From Octopus vulgaris (lineage: Eukaryota), in assembly GCA_951406725.2 (NCBI GenBank), contig OX597814.1, forward strand, positions 208,630,001-208,694,000: a DNA stretch of 64,000 nt, written 5' to 3'. Each line of letters opens with the position of its first letter. Within the stretch, counting starts at the first letter, position 1. Position numbers and translations under genes: made by a program. This document shows positions 12,603-27,393 of the stretch, piece after piece. A model generated the notes under the pieces. The model saw only the letters and a program-made list of their open reading frames with translations. It searched no databases and was not told the origin of the DNA.

Positions 12603-14685
12603 GTCGTATATATTGTATATATATAAAGAATTAAGCAAAAAAAAACAAAAAAAAAAACAAATACTAACTTTTTTTAAAAAAATAATCCCTCAGGTAAAAA
12701 AAAGTAAGTTGTTTCTCTCGTGTTATCAAGAGTTGTGAGCCACGTGTGGCAGCGGGTTGGTTCGGTTCTGTCAGCCAGTCAGTAAGTGGAGAAAAAAAAA
12801 TGGTTGACTTGCAGCAACTACTGTAGCAATGGAGTTGTATACAAACACACACACACACACACACACGTATATTTATGTGTGTGTTTATTCGTGTATGTGT
12901 GTATGCACATACATGTATGTACTCAAAGAGAGAAGGAGGAGGAGAGAGAGAAAGAGAGAGAGAGTGTGTGTTTATATTTATATATAGTGTGTGGGTATGT
13001 TTATGTTTGAATATATATGTGTGTGTGTGTGTGTATTTTATCTATTACAATGAATTGTTTAGTAGAAGTGCTAGTGTAAGACAACGAAAGATGTGAGTGA
13101 GGGAGAATGGGTGGAGATATGTGCTGCGTCGAACGAGAGAATGAATGAAATGAAGAGGTACTGGTAGAGAACGGGAGGGACAATCCGAAATATAACATAT
13201 AGGGATATACAAAGGTGTTGAAATCGGGGAGAAATGAGATGACATGAGATAAGAATGTAAGAAGTGGAGAGATTTTTAAAAAAAAGACGTACAAAACAAA
13301 CTGGATGCGCAGAAAAGATATGATAAAGAAACAATGTTATAGAGGGAGCTGAATGGACAGAGGACAACATATAGCAGACGACATGAGAGTAGAAGATGGA
13401 AGTAGGAGGAGAGGAAGATCCGAATGGTAAGAGATTGAAAGAGAAATGCAGAAGCTATAGCTCTCTCTCTTTCTCTTTCTCTGTCTGTCTCTGTCTCTCT
13501 CTCCCTCTCTTTATTTTACAAAAAGTTTCCTGGAGAAAACGATTGGAGAGAGAGACAAGGGCGGATAAAACAACAAAACCAAAAATTCAACAAGTAGCAG
13601 ACGACAGATTGAACACTTGACTGAGAATAAGGATGAGATAGCAGACGACATATATTCAGAGAACGTGTGAAGGATTAAGAGGATGAAGAAGAAGAAGAAG
13701 AAGAAGAAGAAGAAGAAGAAGAAGAAATATAGTAAACAAGATATCGAGTGAAAGATGGGGTGTGATATGTTGTAACAGAGAAGACGAGATAACAAGCGAG
13801 AGAGAGGGTGCAAGATAAGTGAGTGAGGGTAATCAGAGAGAAGAGCAGAAGAAAGAATCTAAGATGGAGAGAAGGGCAAAAGAATTGTAATGTTGGACAC
13901 TTACAAAACAAACATCGTGTAAAATATATCAGGTGATAGAGTGAGGGATTGAAAGAGGTTGAAAAGAATGAGAGAAAGAAGAAGAAAAAAACGAAAATAC
14001 ATGAAATAAAACAAAAGAAAGGATAAAATAAACAAATTATAACCGATAGCAACAGATAGCAGACGAAAGATAGAGAGTAAATATGAAAGAGAGAGAGAGA
14101 GAGAGAGAGAGATTGAAAGAGAGCAGCTAATTAAATGAATGAGAGAAGATGAGGTGTAAAGAGTGAATAACTAAGCAGACGATAGGGATATCGAATGAAT
14201 TATAAATAATTGTGTGAATGAGTGTAGAAATTAAATTAATAGTGACTTGGTGAATAGTTGAGTGAGTGCTCGGGGATAAGTGAATGGGAAAAGAAAGTAA
14301 AGATAAAGAGGATATGAATGGTAAGGTAAAGGAAATTTAGAGGATCGGAGCAAGATGGTCGAAAACGGGTGAAGAATGAGTGATAAAGTGATTAAGAGCA
14401 AAATAATAATAAAAATAAAAACAATAATGATAATTAAAAATAATTAAACGATAAAGAAATCAGAAGGAAATAAAAAAAAGACTAAAATAGGAAGGAAGAC
14501 AATAATTTGAAGCGAACAACAGAAGAAAGGACAAGTATTGATTGAGTGGGGGTGAGAAATATTGGAACATGGAAGAGAGAAAATGAGCAAATGTTTATTA
14601 GGGTGGTGGGGATTTTGTTGGTGGGTTTGTTTGGAGCGCGGAAATGATTGAAAGTACAAAGCAAGTGATAGATAAATATAAAAAC

Positions 14686-15300
<615 letters not shown>

Positions 15301-15684
15301 GAGAAAAGGAAAATGAGAACGAATGAAAGATTAAAAAAAGCGACGCAAATGATAAGTAAAAAAAAAAGGAAATAACAAAACAATATATGAGAGAAATAGA
15401 GAGATATGGATATTTGTTAGAGGGGAGTGGTGCATTAGTGAAGGGAAGACGGTGGCTTAAATATAGATTATTCACGGATTTGGATGTAACTGATTATTCC
15501 TCGTAACAACAACTTTCATTCAAAATTTTGGGATTATGTGATAGTGAATTTTTCATACAATAAATTTTATTGATCTCCACCAAATATAATCTCTTTTCCA
15601 TTCATTCTGTTTATCTGTGTCTATCCCGCTCTCTCACTCCCATCTCACACACTCACTCTGTCTCTCTATCTATCGCAGTAAAAG

Positions 15685-15722
<38 letters not shown>

Positions 15723-15789
15723 CGCAAGTGTCGTTGTATGTGAGTGTTGTATGCATGTTGTTATCATACGTCTTCAGTAATGCCCAGCT

Positions 15790-16022
15790 ATTAGAAATTA
15801 TTGATTTCTAGCATAGACACAAGGCTTCGAATTTGAGGAATGAGTATCGTCAATTATATTGACACCCGCACTTTGCTGGTACATTATTTGATGTGACCCA
15901 AATGGGTCAAACGCTGTATTGAAGTCGCTGGCGAGATTTGAACTCAGAACCGAAGTAATAGTAACTAACGACCGAGAAGCATTTTCTTGGATACCTAACA
16001 TCTCTGCCACTCCACCACCTTG
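15790..16022 (-). mobile_element. Degenerate family B SINE (Meta-domain-like)
   Basis: gatttgaactcagaac and the surrounding sequence match the reverse complement of the 52361 family. Confidence 0.6.
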
Positions 16023-16654
16023 TTAAAAACAATACCATTTCTATGTACTCTAAACAAAGGATATTTAATAACGTTGATGCAAGTTAACACAGAAAAATTA
16101 CTTTAAGATATCCACCTCTCTCTCTGTTCCTCTTTTCTGTATAATGATCTATACATCAGCTATTCTATCCCTCTATCTATGTGTGTGTGTGTGTGTGTGT
16201 TTGCTTGTGTGTGTGCATGCTTGTGTGTATATATGTATGTAGCGTAATTTAATGTATGTGGACAGTATTCACGGTGGCTTCAAGGAGTGAATTCAATATT
16301 CAAGCGAGAAAATTCACCGATTGGATTTCAATCCAGAGATTGTCTCTCACCCATTTAACACTACAGAAACTGGAGATATGCATTGGCTCCACGGACATGG
16401 ATGTGCACGTGTGTCTGTGTGGAGAGAATGAAAGAGAGATAGAGAGAGAGGAGGGAGAGAAGAGAGAGGAGGGAGAGAAGAGAGAGGGGGATATATTTCT
16501 CTGTATCTTAGACCATGACTAAAATGTTTTTACAAAAAATATTTAAACCGATAGAATATTTTAATAAAAATGTAAATATTGCCTTTCTTTTGTCCATAAT
16601 GAAATTCTGAAACATTTTCTTTCTGCTGTTTATAATATATATATATATATATAT

Positions 16655-16852
16655 TCTTTTCTTTTATTTACTTCAATCATTTGACTGAGGCCATGCTGGA
16701 GCACCGCCTTTAGTCGAACAAATCGACCCCAGGACTTATTCTTTGTAAGCCTAGTACTTTTTCAGTTGGTCTCTTTGGCCGAACCGCTAAGTTACGGGGA
16801 CGTAAACACACCACCATCGGTTGCCAGGCGATGGTGGGGTGGGGGCAAAATT

Positions 16853-16887
<35 letters not shown>

Positions 16888-17045
16888 CGACGGGCTTCTT
16901 TCAGCTTCCGTGTACCAAATCCAATCACAAGACTTTGGTCGGCTCGAGGCTATAGTAGAAGACACTTGCCCAAAATGCCACGCAGTGGGACTGAACCCAG
17001 AACGATGTGGTTTGTAAGCAAGCTGCTTACCACACACTCACCCCT
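16655..17045 (-). mobile_element. tRNA-derived SINE, family A
   Basis: Reverse complement of the 25567 copy. Confidence 0.85.
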
Positions 17046-17179
17046 GAAGCTCGTACACACACACACACACACGCATATATATATATATATATTTAGGTCT
17101 ACACTTTTTATCATGTATTGAGTAATAAATTTGAAGGAAATCTGCCTCGATTGAATCAAGTTCAACGGGGATGAAACCT

Positions 17180-17223
17180 GTGTGCCAGTGTTTGTGTGTG
17201 TGTGTGTGTGTATGTATGTGCAA

Positions 17224-17279
<56 letters not shown>

Positions 17280-17281
17280 AA

Positions 17282-17339
<58 letters not shown>

Positions 17340-17341
17340 AA

Positions 17342-17380
<39 letters not shown>

Positions 17381-17415
17381 CCAGTGTGTGTGTGTGTGTG
17401 TGTGTGTATGTGCAA

Positions 17416-17471
<56 letters not shown>

Positions 17472-17473
17472 AA

Positions 17474-17515
<42 letters not shown>

Positions 17516-17522
17516 ATGTATG
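17180..17522. repeat. Higher-order compound repeat (TG)n-tatgtgcaaa-(TA)n, about 5 units
   Basis: The spacer tatgtgcaaa recurs about every 60-70 bp. Confidence 0.9.
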
Positions 17523-18333
17523 CACATGCGCTTGTACATACACAAAACAATAAACGCAGAAATACCACGGTTATCTTTAAAATAATAAGATTGTTGGAGG
17601 TTTCCAGAGAACCATGATTTCTTTCGAAATTGTAGCTTTGGAGAAGTATTTGATTCTTGGGACGGTATAAAGTTCATTTAAGTCGTACCGTGCGTTGCAG
17701 TTTTATGAGAGAACCTCTTTAAAAAAACAATATTCCTTGTTATATAGTTGTCACCTCCACTACCTAGTAAATTTTTATCACGCTTTTCATCTTTATCTAT
17801 AAAACTAAACCCTCACTAGAAAGAGCTGCATAGAATTATCCACCAGAATCTTCTATCTCACGAAGACGTAAGCAGCTTTCATAAAAAGTTTCTCCTTGAG
17901 ACTTGTTTATTGTTATTGAAAATTTATACGCATTGAAAACTGATCCCTGTGTAAAACGAAAGCTACGTTGGCATCTCTTAGGCAGAGTTTAACTCGTAAA
18001 ATTAAAACATTGTTATTGCGATCGTGCGTTATTGAACAATTCTTATCTGAAGCGGGTGTAATTTACGTTAGTAATTTTCATTTCGCAAAACTATTGTATA
18101 GAGCATACGCTTTAAGCATTCTTAACTATGAAACATAATCGAAAATATTATGTCTATAATATCACGGTACGACAATAATATAAGAGTAACTTCTTAACCA
18201 TTCTTGATGCAGCGTACTACATTCTTGTTTTCATATCGCAGAAAAATGCTTCAAACTGGATTTGGGCCCACAGTATTATCGAACGAAGTGCAGTGGTTGC
18301 CCCACTTAGCCATGGATTGTAAAATCATATCAG

Positions 18334-18385
<52 letters not shown>

Positions 18386-18948
18386 AATACAACAATGGGA
18401 CAAGAATGCAAAACATCCAGAAAGACGATACAAAGAAAACAAGGACGGGTCATTCGGAATTTTCTTTCCTCAGTCGAGTTCCAGATTATCTTTGCAATTT
18501 CGGCCGATTATACTCGAGATAGCTCCAATCTGGCCAGTCCCAAAGAAAAACTAAGCTAAGAGCATTAGATTCTTTCGAAGAAAGCAGTGAATGCATACGA
18601 AAACAAGGACGGGAAAAAAACGGAGAAATGTTAGACAAATACAAATGCAAATAACAGGACATAAAAACAGGTGTCTTTCGACTAAGGACGAATTAAATTA
18701 AGCTGGCGTGTATGGAAGTAAAGCCTTACGACAGGGACATAAGGTTTGACAAGCACAGGGTGGAATATAGATGTTGCACGGATAGTAGTCGAACCAAGAA
18801 AGAAAGGTCAGGCTTAACCGAACACCAGTCACGTGGGGAGAGAAGAGAGAGGTAGAGAAATAGAGAGGAAAAGAGAGGGATAGAAGAATTAAGGAGGAGC
18901 GAGAAAAAATGAAAGAGACAGAGTGAAGTGAAAGAGGAGGGAAAGTGA

Positions 18949-20332
18949 GCGTTGCCAGGGTTAAAGAAAATAATGAAATTTAAAAATGTCTTTTAGATCT
19001 CTAACATGAAACATAGACTACGCAAGTCTCACTTCCTAGTTGCTGAGATACTAACTTTATAGGTTAATATGTTGGGACGCACAGTGTAGACACTTCCCAA
19101 TCTCTCTTGATCCCTGGATGCTCTTCAGCAGTCTAACCTATAGCAGGTCTCTTCCATAGTTGAGTTCTTTGTTGCCATGTGTAATATTGAGGGATTTCTT
19201 GGTACAAAAGAGTTGAAGCAAATGGATCTGTGCTACAAAGCTCAAAGAAAGCAGTCAATATAGTTGAATCTGGAGCTTCAAGTTGCCACTGGAGACGTCG
19301 TGGATGTCTGGATTAAAGTATAATTGATGGCCATTCTCTAGACGTACATCTAGATGGATAACAGTTGGATGCCGTTCATGCAGTGGAAAGTTAAACAGTC
19401 TCCAGTCTGCCTCATTGCTGCTGATGTAGCGTACCATCTGGTAGCATGTCTCCTCATCATTCTTGTTTACCCCGCGAAAGCCAAAAACAAGCCATGTCCG
19501 ACCCTTGTTCACATATTTGCACACAGACTTGATGGCTTTCATAGATTTACAAAACTCAACATAGATGTGTGCTTTGAAGATCTTTGACAGAAGGGGATAA
19601 TGCAGCACAATCCACCTGCTGTCGACTTCAATTTCTCGGACTGCATTTGCATTGAAAGTGACTTTATGTCCCACTTGGCTTGGCTTGCGACTCCTGTAGC
19701 TCGGGTATCCGTCATGACCAGTTTCTGTTTCGGCAATGAATTGGTTCCTGTTGAAAGGGCTGCATGGACCACGCACCATCTGAGTTCTGATGACTTCAAA
19801 AAGTTCGAGATCTTCTGTTGCGTCAGGAAGCTCGGCACTAATGATGGAATCAGTTCGATTTGGATGAATTTTGTCTTTAAGCAAGATTAACATGGGTACA
19901 TGCGGCAGGCCTCGTTTCTGCCATTCACACATACAATCACATTACTATATGTCTTATGTATATGAAACAGATCTGTTAACAATTGATCAATTAAGTGAAA
20001 CAAAAGGCGTCTGTCTCCGTACGAAAGTTTTTTTTTTATGTAAAACAGACCTGTTGACAATTGAAAATTTTTACGGAAATGGACCTTTAGCAACGGATAC
20101 TCAAATGGAAAAGTAGAGAAGATTATGATATAAAGTGATCCAGCTGTTTGGTCGTCCATAGAGGATACACAATTATATGTTTTATATATATATATGAAAC
20201 AGACCTGTTGACATATGAAAAAGGTCCTCTCCGTATGGAATCTATTCACACACACACAATAATATATATTATATATGAAACAGATATGTTGACATTTGGA
20301 AAGAAAGGCTTCTATCTCTGTATTGAATGTAT

Positions 20333-20382
<50 letters not shown>

Positions 20383-20872
20383 TAATATACATCTTAACAG
20401 ACCTGTTGACATATGAAAAAGAGGCGTGAATATTTATATTTATTTACACACACATAAATATATATCTCAAATATGAAGCAGAAAATGTTTACAGCAATGA
20501 ACCTGTACGTACAGATACACAAATAGAAAGCTAGAGAAGAATATAAAGAATGAGAGTACCTTTAGAAATTATTTTTTATCAGAAATCGTCAAAACTAATG
20601 ATGTACATACGGGTGTGTGTGAATAGCTGGTTACTTAGTTACTATGTCAAAACGCCAGACACAGGAAGTTGACATTGACAAAACGGTTTGAAGAAGTGAG
20701 TCTTTATTACATATATAAAGTAATATTATTTTTAATAAAAAAAACATAAATCAAGACCGTATTATTATTTCCCAGGTCAAATTATACATGCACCCCAAGT
20801 ATGGTACAGATTAATCTAGAGGTTTGGCCGTGCATAGAGGACACACAGACAACGTATTTTATAGAGTAAAGA
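18949..20872 (-). mobile_element. Helitron1 relic with Rep (HUH) fragment
   Basis: Minus-strand 5' end A|TCtttactctataaaa at 20872; truncated 3' hairpin start ccctggcaacgc at 18949-18960; internal Rep ORF. Confidence 0.75.
19255..19932 (-). pseudogene. Helitron RepHel Rep-domain fragment, probably inactive
   Basis: EWQKRGLPHVPML (HUH motif with second His to Pro), DGYPSYR, AHIYVEFC..IKSVCKYVNKG (first catalytic Tyr to Ser), RYISSNEADWRLFNFPLHERHPTV. Confidence 0.9.
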
Positions 20873-20890
20873 TATTTACACGTTCATATA

Positions 20891-21332
<442 letters not shown>

Positions 21333-21529
21333 TATATATATATATATATATATACATGCATACATAACTTCTGTCAATAAATAATAAAAAAATATATATT
21401 TACTTATGTTTTTAGTTTTATTTTCCTGTTTGTATTTCCAAACTTGCATGCATGTGTGCATCACACACACACACACACTTATTCTTTTATACGTTTCGGC
21501 CTTAAAGGTTGTTGCCATGCTGGGGCACC

Positions 21530-23060
21530 GATGGTATAATCACCTTTTCAATGGCCATTCCTTTGTGACTTTCTTTTTGTGAAGGTGGGACTTTGATAGC
21601 ACTGCTCTCATTTGAGTTTGCTATGATGTTGATTCAACTGGAAGCTTGGACAAAAAGAGTCAATTTTGGTTCTTGAAAATATTTCCCGCCACTCCATGTA
21701 GATTTCTAAGATTTCTTAGATAAGGTATTAAATAACGGTGGGCCTTTGAATCCCAAACTATTGGAGTACCTGTTTGTTACTCTAGACGAGACCGGTGAGA
21801 CTTTTGGAACAGTGCATTGTCGTCCAGTTTCGAGTTTGATATAAATCTCAATGCGAAAGTTTGGTGCCAACTCTCTAGGATTTTCCATATGTGCATCAGC
21901 CCGTATTTCTCCCGTCTTTGCTATTAGGAGTAGATTCGTAACTCTTTCAGTCTTTCCCAATAACTCAGCTACTCCACTGATGCAATCTTCTTGGTGTGAC
22001 ATCTCTGAACTACCTCAAGTTCCTCTATCCATTTGACCCTGTGGGACGACCACAGTTAAGAGTGGTACTCCTAGTGGCTGAGGACAAATGTCTCCATAGA
22101 ACCAGCATAGCTTCTTAGCCGCTTGTTCTCAAAGTTTTTAGAATTCATCCGGTCATTTGCCTGCACATTACCACCATCTTGGTAATATGTACATGAAACG
22201 AGGTGTTGTTGCTCATATCAGTTCCCTGATCACACGCTGTGTTTGAGATTGCTGCTCTTTTTTATCCAAAGTACCTTAGCGCATATTAGCGCAAGCTGGC
22301 TGATAGGGAAGGACTTGGAATTTTCCTGCATTAAATTGCATGTTGTTTCTTCAGCTCATTTATATATGGCATTTAGGTTTTTCTATAGAAGATTAGCATC
22401 GAAAGGTTCCTTGACTACGCATATTATATTTATGTCGTCGGCATAGCTAGTAGGTGTGGCTGTTTGTGTAACTGATGGCATGTCCGAGAGAGCTACCATA
22501 AACAGCAGCGGTCCCAAGATAGTTCCCCGAGGCATTCCACTCGCTTTTAGTGTCGCCTTGGAGAAGGCCCCGTTGGCTTGCTACAACCTGGTTTCTGTCT
22601 TTTAAGAAGTCATGTAACCGTTCACCCAGTTTTCCGACTATGCCGAGTCACTGTAGCCTGTGACATATCATCCTGTGATCTACCTTATCAAAGGCCTTTG
22701 CAAAATCGAGATATATACCAGTCACGTTTGTATGATTTATTAGTTGTTTCAAAACTCAGTCAAAATGCTGCAGATCCTGCATAAGGTAATTTCTTCCTAA
22801 GCAGAAGCCATGCTGGGTGCTAGAGCAAGTCATTATCTTATAGAAATGTGATTATCTCCCTCCTGACAGTGCGTTCCATGACTTTGCTGACATGTGAGGT
22901 CAGAGAGAAAGACCTATAATTTGTAGCATATGCTCTGCTTCCTCCTTTACAGATAGGCCCTATTATGTCCTCCTTAACTTTCTGAAGTCTCCCATTTGTA
23001 AGGAAGGTTTTGGAGGGCGGTCCGCAGTGATTTTGCTAAACTCCTTTGCATTTCTTTAGA
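21530..23060 (-). mobile_element. CR1-like LINE reverse transcriptase relic
   Basis: Minus-strand motifs NYRSFSLTSHVSKVME (about 22875-22922), IYLDFAKAFDKVD (about 22680-22718), GMPRGTILGPLLF (about 22500-22540), YADD (about 22434-22445) and NSLGFKGPPLFNTL; interrupted by stops and frameshifts. Confidence 0.85.
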
Positions 23061-23271
23061 GGATATATATATATATATATATAAATGAAAGTTGTACATG
23101 TAATTGATTATATCTACTATTTCTCTCCATAGTTCATCTATCAACTATTTTGTGAATAATATAAATGTTGTAAGAAAATAAACACCAAGTATTCTCACTG
23201 TGTGTTACTTCAAATTCTTTCTCTGGATTGTTAGGATCATTATCTATCTCTTTCTCACTCCTTCCCTCTCT

Positions 23272-23371
23272 NNNNNNNNNNNNNNNNNNNNNNNNNNNNN
23301 NNNNNNNNNNNNNNNNNNNNNNNNNNNNNNNNNNNNNNNNNNNNNNNNNNNNNNNNNNNNNNNNNNNNNNN
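23272..23371. other. Assembly gap (100 N)
   Basis: Run of N. Confidence 1.
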
Positions 23372-23854
23372 CTTTATATGCACTTTCTGACAAGTTGTGG
23401 TGCACCTGAGCACTGTATACAAAAATTTCATTATTATTATTATTATTAGATACAAAGCCACAGCAAATAGCTTGAAATGTTGCATATTATCTTAAGGCCT
23501 TGCGTGGCCAACACGTAGTTACACCTTGCCTAGGTTATGATTAACATTCTTCTCACCGCCTCTCCATACTGGCATTTGACATAGACCATACCTCCACCTT
23601 TGTTTATCACTCACTTGTTCACCTCTACCCCCATCTCCAACCATCTGTCACCCTCACCTCACACCTTTATGAAACTCTCCACTCCTTACCCATCTGTCTC
23701 TCTTATGCTCATCTTGTACCTTGAGGATTTGCTCTGACACACCATCACCACCATCTTATCTTCTTCCCAGCTACTCCCACCTATCCTTATACAATGTGGG
23801 GTTGTTATGTATCTCCTCAATAGCAAGACACCTGTGCTTGTCCTTCTACCATAT

Positions 23855-24268
23855 CTTATTTCTTTATTGCCCACAAGGGGCTGGACATAGAGGGGACAAA
23901 CAAGGACAGACAAAGGGATTAAGTCGATTACATCGACCCCAGTGTGTAACTGGTACTTAATTTATCGACCCTGAAAGGATGAAAGTCAACCTCGGCGAAA
24001 TTTGAACTCAGAACATAATTGTAGACGAAATACCTATTTCTTTACTACCCACAAGGGGCTAAACACAGAGAGGACAAACAAGTACAGACAAACAGATTAA
24101 GTCGATTACATCAACCCCAGTGCGTAACTAGTACTTAATTTATCGACCCCCAAAGGATGAAAGGCAAAGTCACCCTCGGCAGAATTTGAACTCAGAACAT
24201 AATGGTAGACGAAATACCACTAAGCATTTCGCCCGGCACGCTAATGTTTCTGCCAGCTCGCTGCCTTG
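23855..24268 (-). mobile_element. Family B SINE dimer (one head, two bodies)
   Basis: Reverse complement of the 52361 array; junction gacgaaatacctatttcttt at about 24024-24043. Confidence 0.85.
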
Positions 24269-24732
24269 AATATGGTCCTTCTAGCATATCTTAACACTGC
24301 AATACATGGCATAAATCCACCTTCCTCTCTCTCTCTCAAAAACTTGACCCCACACACACTTAGTTGAAAGGGCTCTTTTTCCTTTTTCTCTTCATTTCCT
24401 GTTTTGCCAGTTCAGTAACCTCATTAGTACTGATGGTATATAAAGAGCACCTAGTGCACTCTGTAAAGTGGTTGATATTAGGAGGGGCATCCAGCCAGAG
24501 AAACCATGCCAAAACAGACACAAGAGCTCAACAGTCTTGCAATTCACTGGATCCTGTCAAACTGTCAACCCAAGACGGCAATGAAAATGAATGTTTTAAA
24601 CTATGATGACGATGACAACAATGCATACAAGGAAATAGCTTTCACACAGATGGCTAAGTGCAAGGGTTGGCTTCCATTATAGGCATTACTTTCTACCTCT
24701 AACAAAGACATTACATTCTTTTAACAGCCGAG

Positions 24733-25125
24733 TTACTCTTTTACTCTTTTACTTGTTTCAGTCATTTGACTGCAGCCATGCTGGAGCACCGCCTTTAGTC
24801 GAGCAAATCGACCCCGGGACTTATTCTTTGTAAGCCCAGTACTTATTCTATCGGTCTCTTTTGCCGAACCGCTAAGTGACGGGGGACGTAAACACACCAG
24901 CATCGGTTGTCAAGCAATGCTAGGGGGACAAACACAGACACACAAACACATACATATATATATATATACGACAGGCTTCTTTCAGTTTCCATCTACCAAA
25001 TCCACTCACAAGGCACTGGTCGGCCCGGGGGCTATAGCAGAAGACACTTGCCCAAGATGCCACGCAGTGGGACTGAACCCGGAACCATGTGGTTGGTTAG
25101 CAAGCTACTTACCACACAGCCACTC
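24733..25125 (-). mobile_element. tRNA-derived SINE, family A
   Basis: Near-identical reverse complement of 25567-25980. Confidence 0.9.
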
Positions 25126-25566
25126 CAGTTCATCATTATTATTTAACATCTGTTTTCCATGCTGGCTTGCACTGGATACTTTGACAAGAGAGCTGCACCA
25201 GGCTCCAATTTATCTGTTTTGGCAAGTTTTCTATAGCTGGATGCCTCTCCTAATGTCGACCGCTTTACAGAATGTACTGGGTGCTTTTTACATAGCACCA
25301 GCATGGAATTCACTTTTTACTAAATTACTATGGAGACAGAATTTATAACTCAGTGCTGTACAAAAGAAAGGAACTGACTCAATTTACAAATGTGTTGTAA
25401 GATGGACTAGAGAATTTGAGAGGTTACTATTGCTATCTTGCAGGTGAAATTTTTTCTCTTAACCAGTCAAATGCCTGAACAACTTGGATGATGACAATAA
25501 TAGGTATGAGAAGCTCCATGGCAACTTCTGGTAATAAGCAATGACTAAAAAAAAATTATTTCAATA

Positions 25567-25980
25567 GGCGCAGGAGTGGCTGTGTGGTAAGTAGCTTGCT
25601 AACCAACCACATGGTTCCGGGTTCAGTCCCACTGCGTGGCATCTTGGGCAAGTGTCTTCTGCTATAGCCCCGGGCCGACCAATGCCTTGTGAGTGGACTT
25701 GGTAGACGGAAACTGAAAGAAGCCTGTCGTAGATATGTATATATATATATATGTGTATGTGTGTGTGTTTGTGTGTGTGTGTTTGTTCCCCTAGCATTGC
25801 TTGACAACCGATGCTGGCGTGCTTACGTCCCCGTCACTTAGTGGTTCAGCAAAAAGAGACCGATAGAATAAGTACTGGGCTTACAAAGAATAAGTCCCGG
25901 GGTCGTTTCGCTCGACTAAAGGCGGTGCTCCAGCATGGCCGCAGTCAAATGACTGAAACAAGTAAAAGAAAAGAAAAGAA
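25567..25980 (+). mobile_element. tRNA-derived SINE, family A, full length
   Basis: A-box tggctgtgtgg, B-box ggttcagtccc, internal (TA)(TG) tract and an A-rich repeated tail. Confidence 0.9.
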
Positions 25981-26624
25981 TAGATTTGAAATTTGTTCAA
26001 ACTATATGCTCCACTCTTCATCATCACCATCATTTAATGTTCTTTGTGCATTCTAGCATGGGTTGGACTGTTTGACCAGGGCTGGTAAGCTGAGGGGTGC
26101 ACCAGATTCCAGTCTGATTTGGCATGGTTTCTATGGCTGGATGCCCTTCCTGACATTGTGTCAAAACTGAATCTTATGGATTCAATCTTGACACAGCAAA
26201 CAAACAAACTATTTGACTGTTTCTATTTAATTTAACGTTCTACCACTGAGCCATTTTTTTCTAATCATTACATTCACCTCCTTTATTAGGCAGGTGTAAA
26301 GAGTGAGAAAGTGGAGAAAGATTAATGCTTTATCTAGAGCAGAGATCAATGCAAGTTATGGAATACAAATGGCTTTGCCACTGACAAACCAATGTCATAA
26401 CTCTTCAGGCATTGCAACCTGTCAGATTATAATAGTGATCTCTTTAACTTTGTTGTTGTTATAACTGCATAGTTAGTGCAAAGTGTTAAGCTAAATGTTT
26501 TACAATAAATAGTTTCATTCTTTCAAATTCTTAGTTCAAATAACATCAGGATCGGTTTTATCTTTCATCTCTCCTTAACAAACAAAATAAGTCTTGAGCT
26601 CATTCCCCCAGAATGTCAGGTTTT

Positions 26625-27135
26625 TCATCATCATCATCATCATCGTTTAACGTTCGTTTTCCATGCTAGCATGGGTTGGACGGTTCAACTGGGGATCTGG
26701 GAAGCCAGAAGGCTTCACCAGGCTCCAGTCTGATCTGGCAGTGTTTCTACGGCTGGATGCCCTTCCTAACGCCAACCACTCCGTGAATGTAGTGGGTGCT
26801 TTTTACGTGCCACCTGCACAGGTGCGAAACGAGGCTGGCAACGGCCACAATCGGAGGGTGCATTTTACGTGCCACCAGCACGGAGGCCAGTCGGGGCGGC
26901 GCTGGCAACGGCCATGTTCAGATGGTTCTCTTACATGCCATTGGCACTGGTATCACAGCTACGATTTCCATTGATGTTGATCGATTTCAATTTCAATTTT
27001 CATTTTCACTTGCCTCAACAGGTCTTCACAAGTAGGGTTTGTGTCACAAGAAGGAAAGGTATGCATAAGTGGGCTGGCTACGTCCCAGGTAGAGGCCACG
27101 GGTTATGGTCTCACTTGTCCTGCCGGGTCTTCCCA
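26625..27135 (-). mobile_element. RTE-type retroposon 3' region with (GAT)n tail (family C)
   Basis: Minus strand carries ggcgttaggaagggcatcc and ends ...gttaaacgatgatgatg; many copies in the window. The RTE assignment is by recollection of these motifs. Confidence 0.7.
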
Positions 27136-27309
27136 GAGATGACAAAAGATCAAGAGGAGTAACAGTACATGTACAGCATACTTATTCAGCTCTTGTCATC
27201 AACAAAGATTAACATGAAGGTGAATGATACAACCAAGTACAAAATGAAAGCCATGTGTTCTTTATTGTAGAACACGGATAAAAATCCTTATGCTTTTTTG
27301 AAAACTTAC

Positions 27310-27393
27310 CTCATGAGCTAGCATTGTATAAAGTTCCTGTTTGGTAATTGATAACCGTTCTCGATCACAGCTGTCCACAACAAGAATCACAAA
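27310..27393 (-). CDS. ARL5: ARL5 (ADP-ribosylation factor-like 5) internal exon: [28 protein letters not shown]
   Basis: 84 nt; acceptor ttctgcag| and donor |gtaagt; phase 0/0; matches the vertebrate ARL5 segment [28 protein letters not shown]. Confidence 0.93.

Noticed and set aside
12720-12840. GC-richer island with palindrome gccacgtgtggc (E-box)
   Set aside because: A single short motif with no conservation data.
18444-18476. Minus-strand CUGAGGA...GAAU hammerhead-like string
   Set aside because: Lacks GAAA and a UH cleavage site, and the stems are weak.
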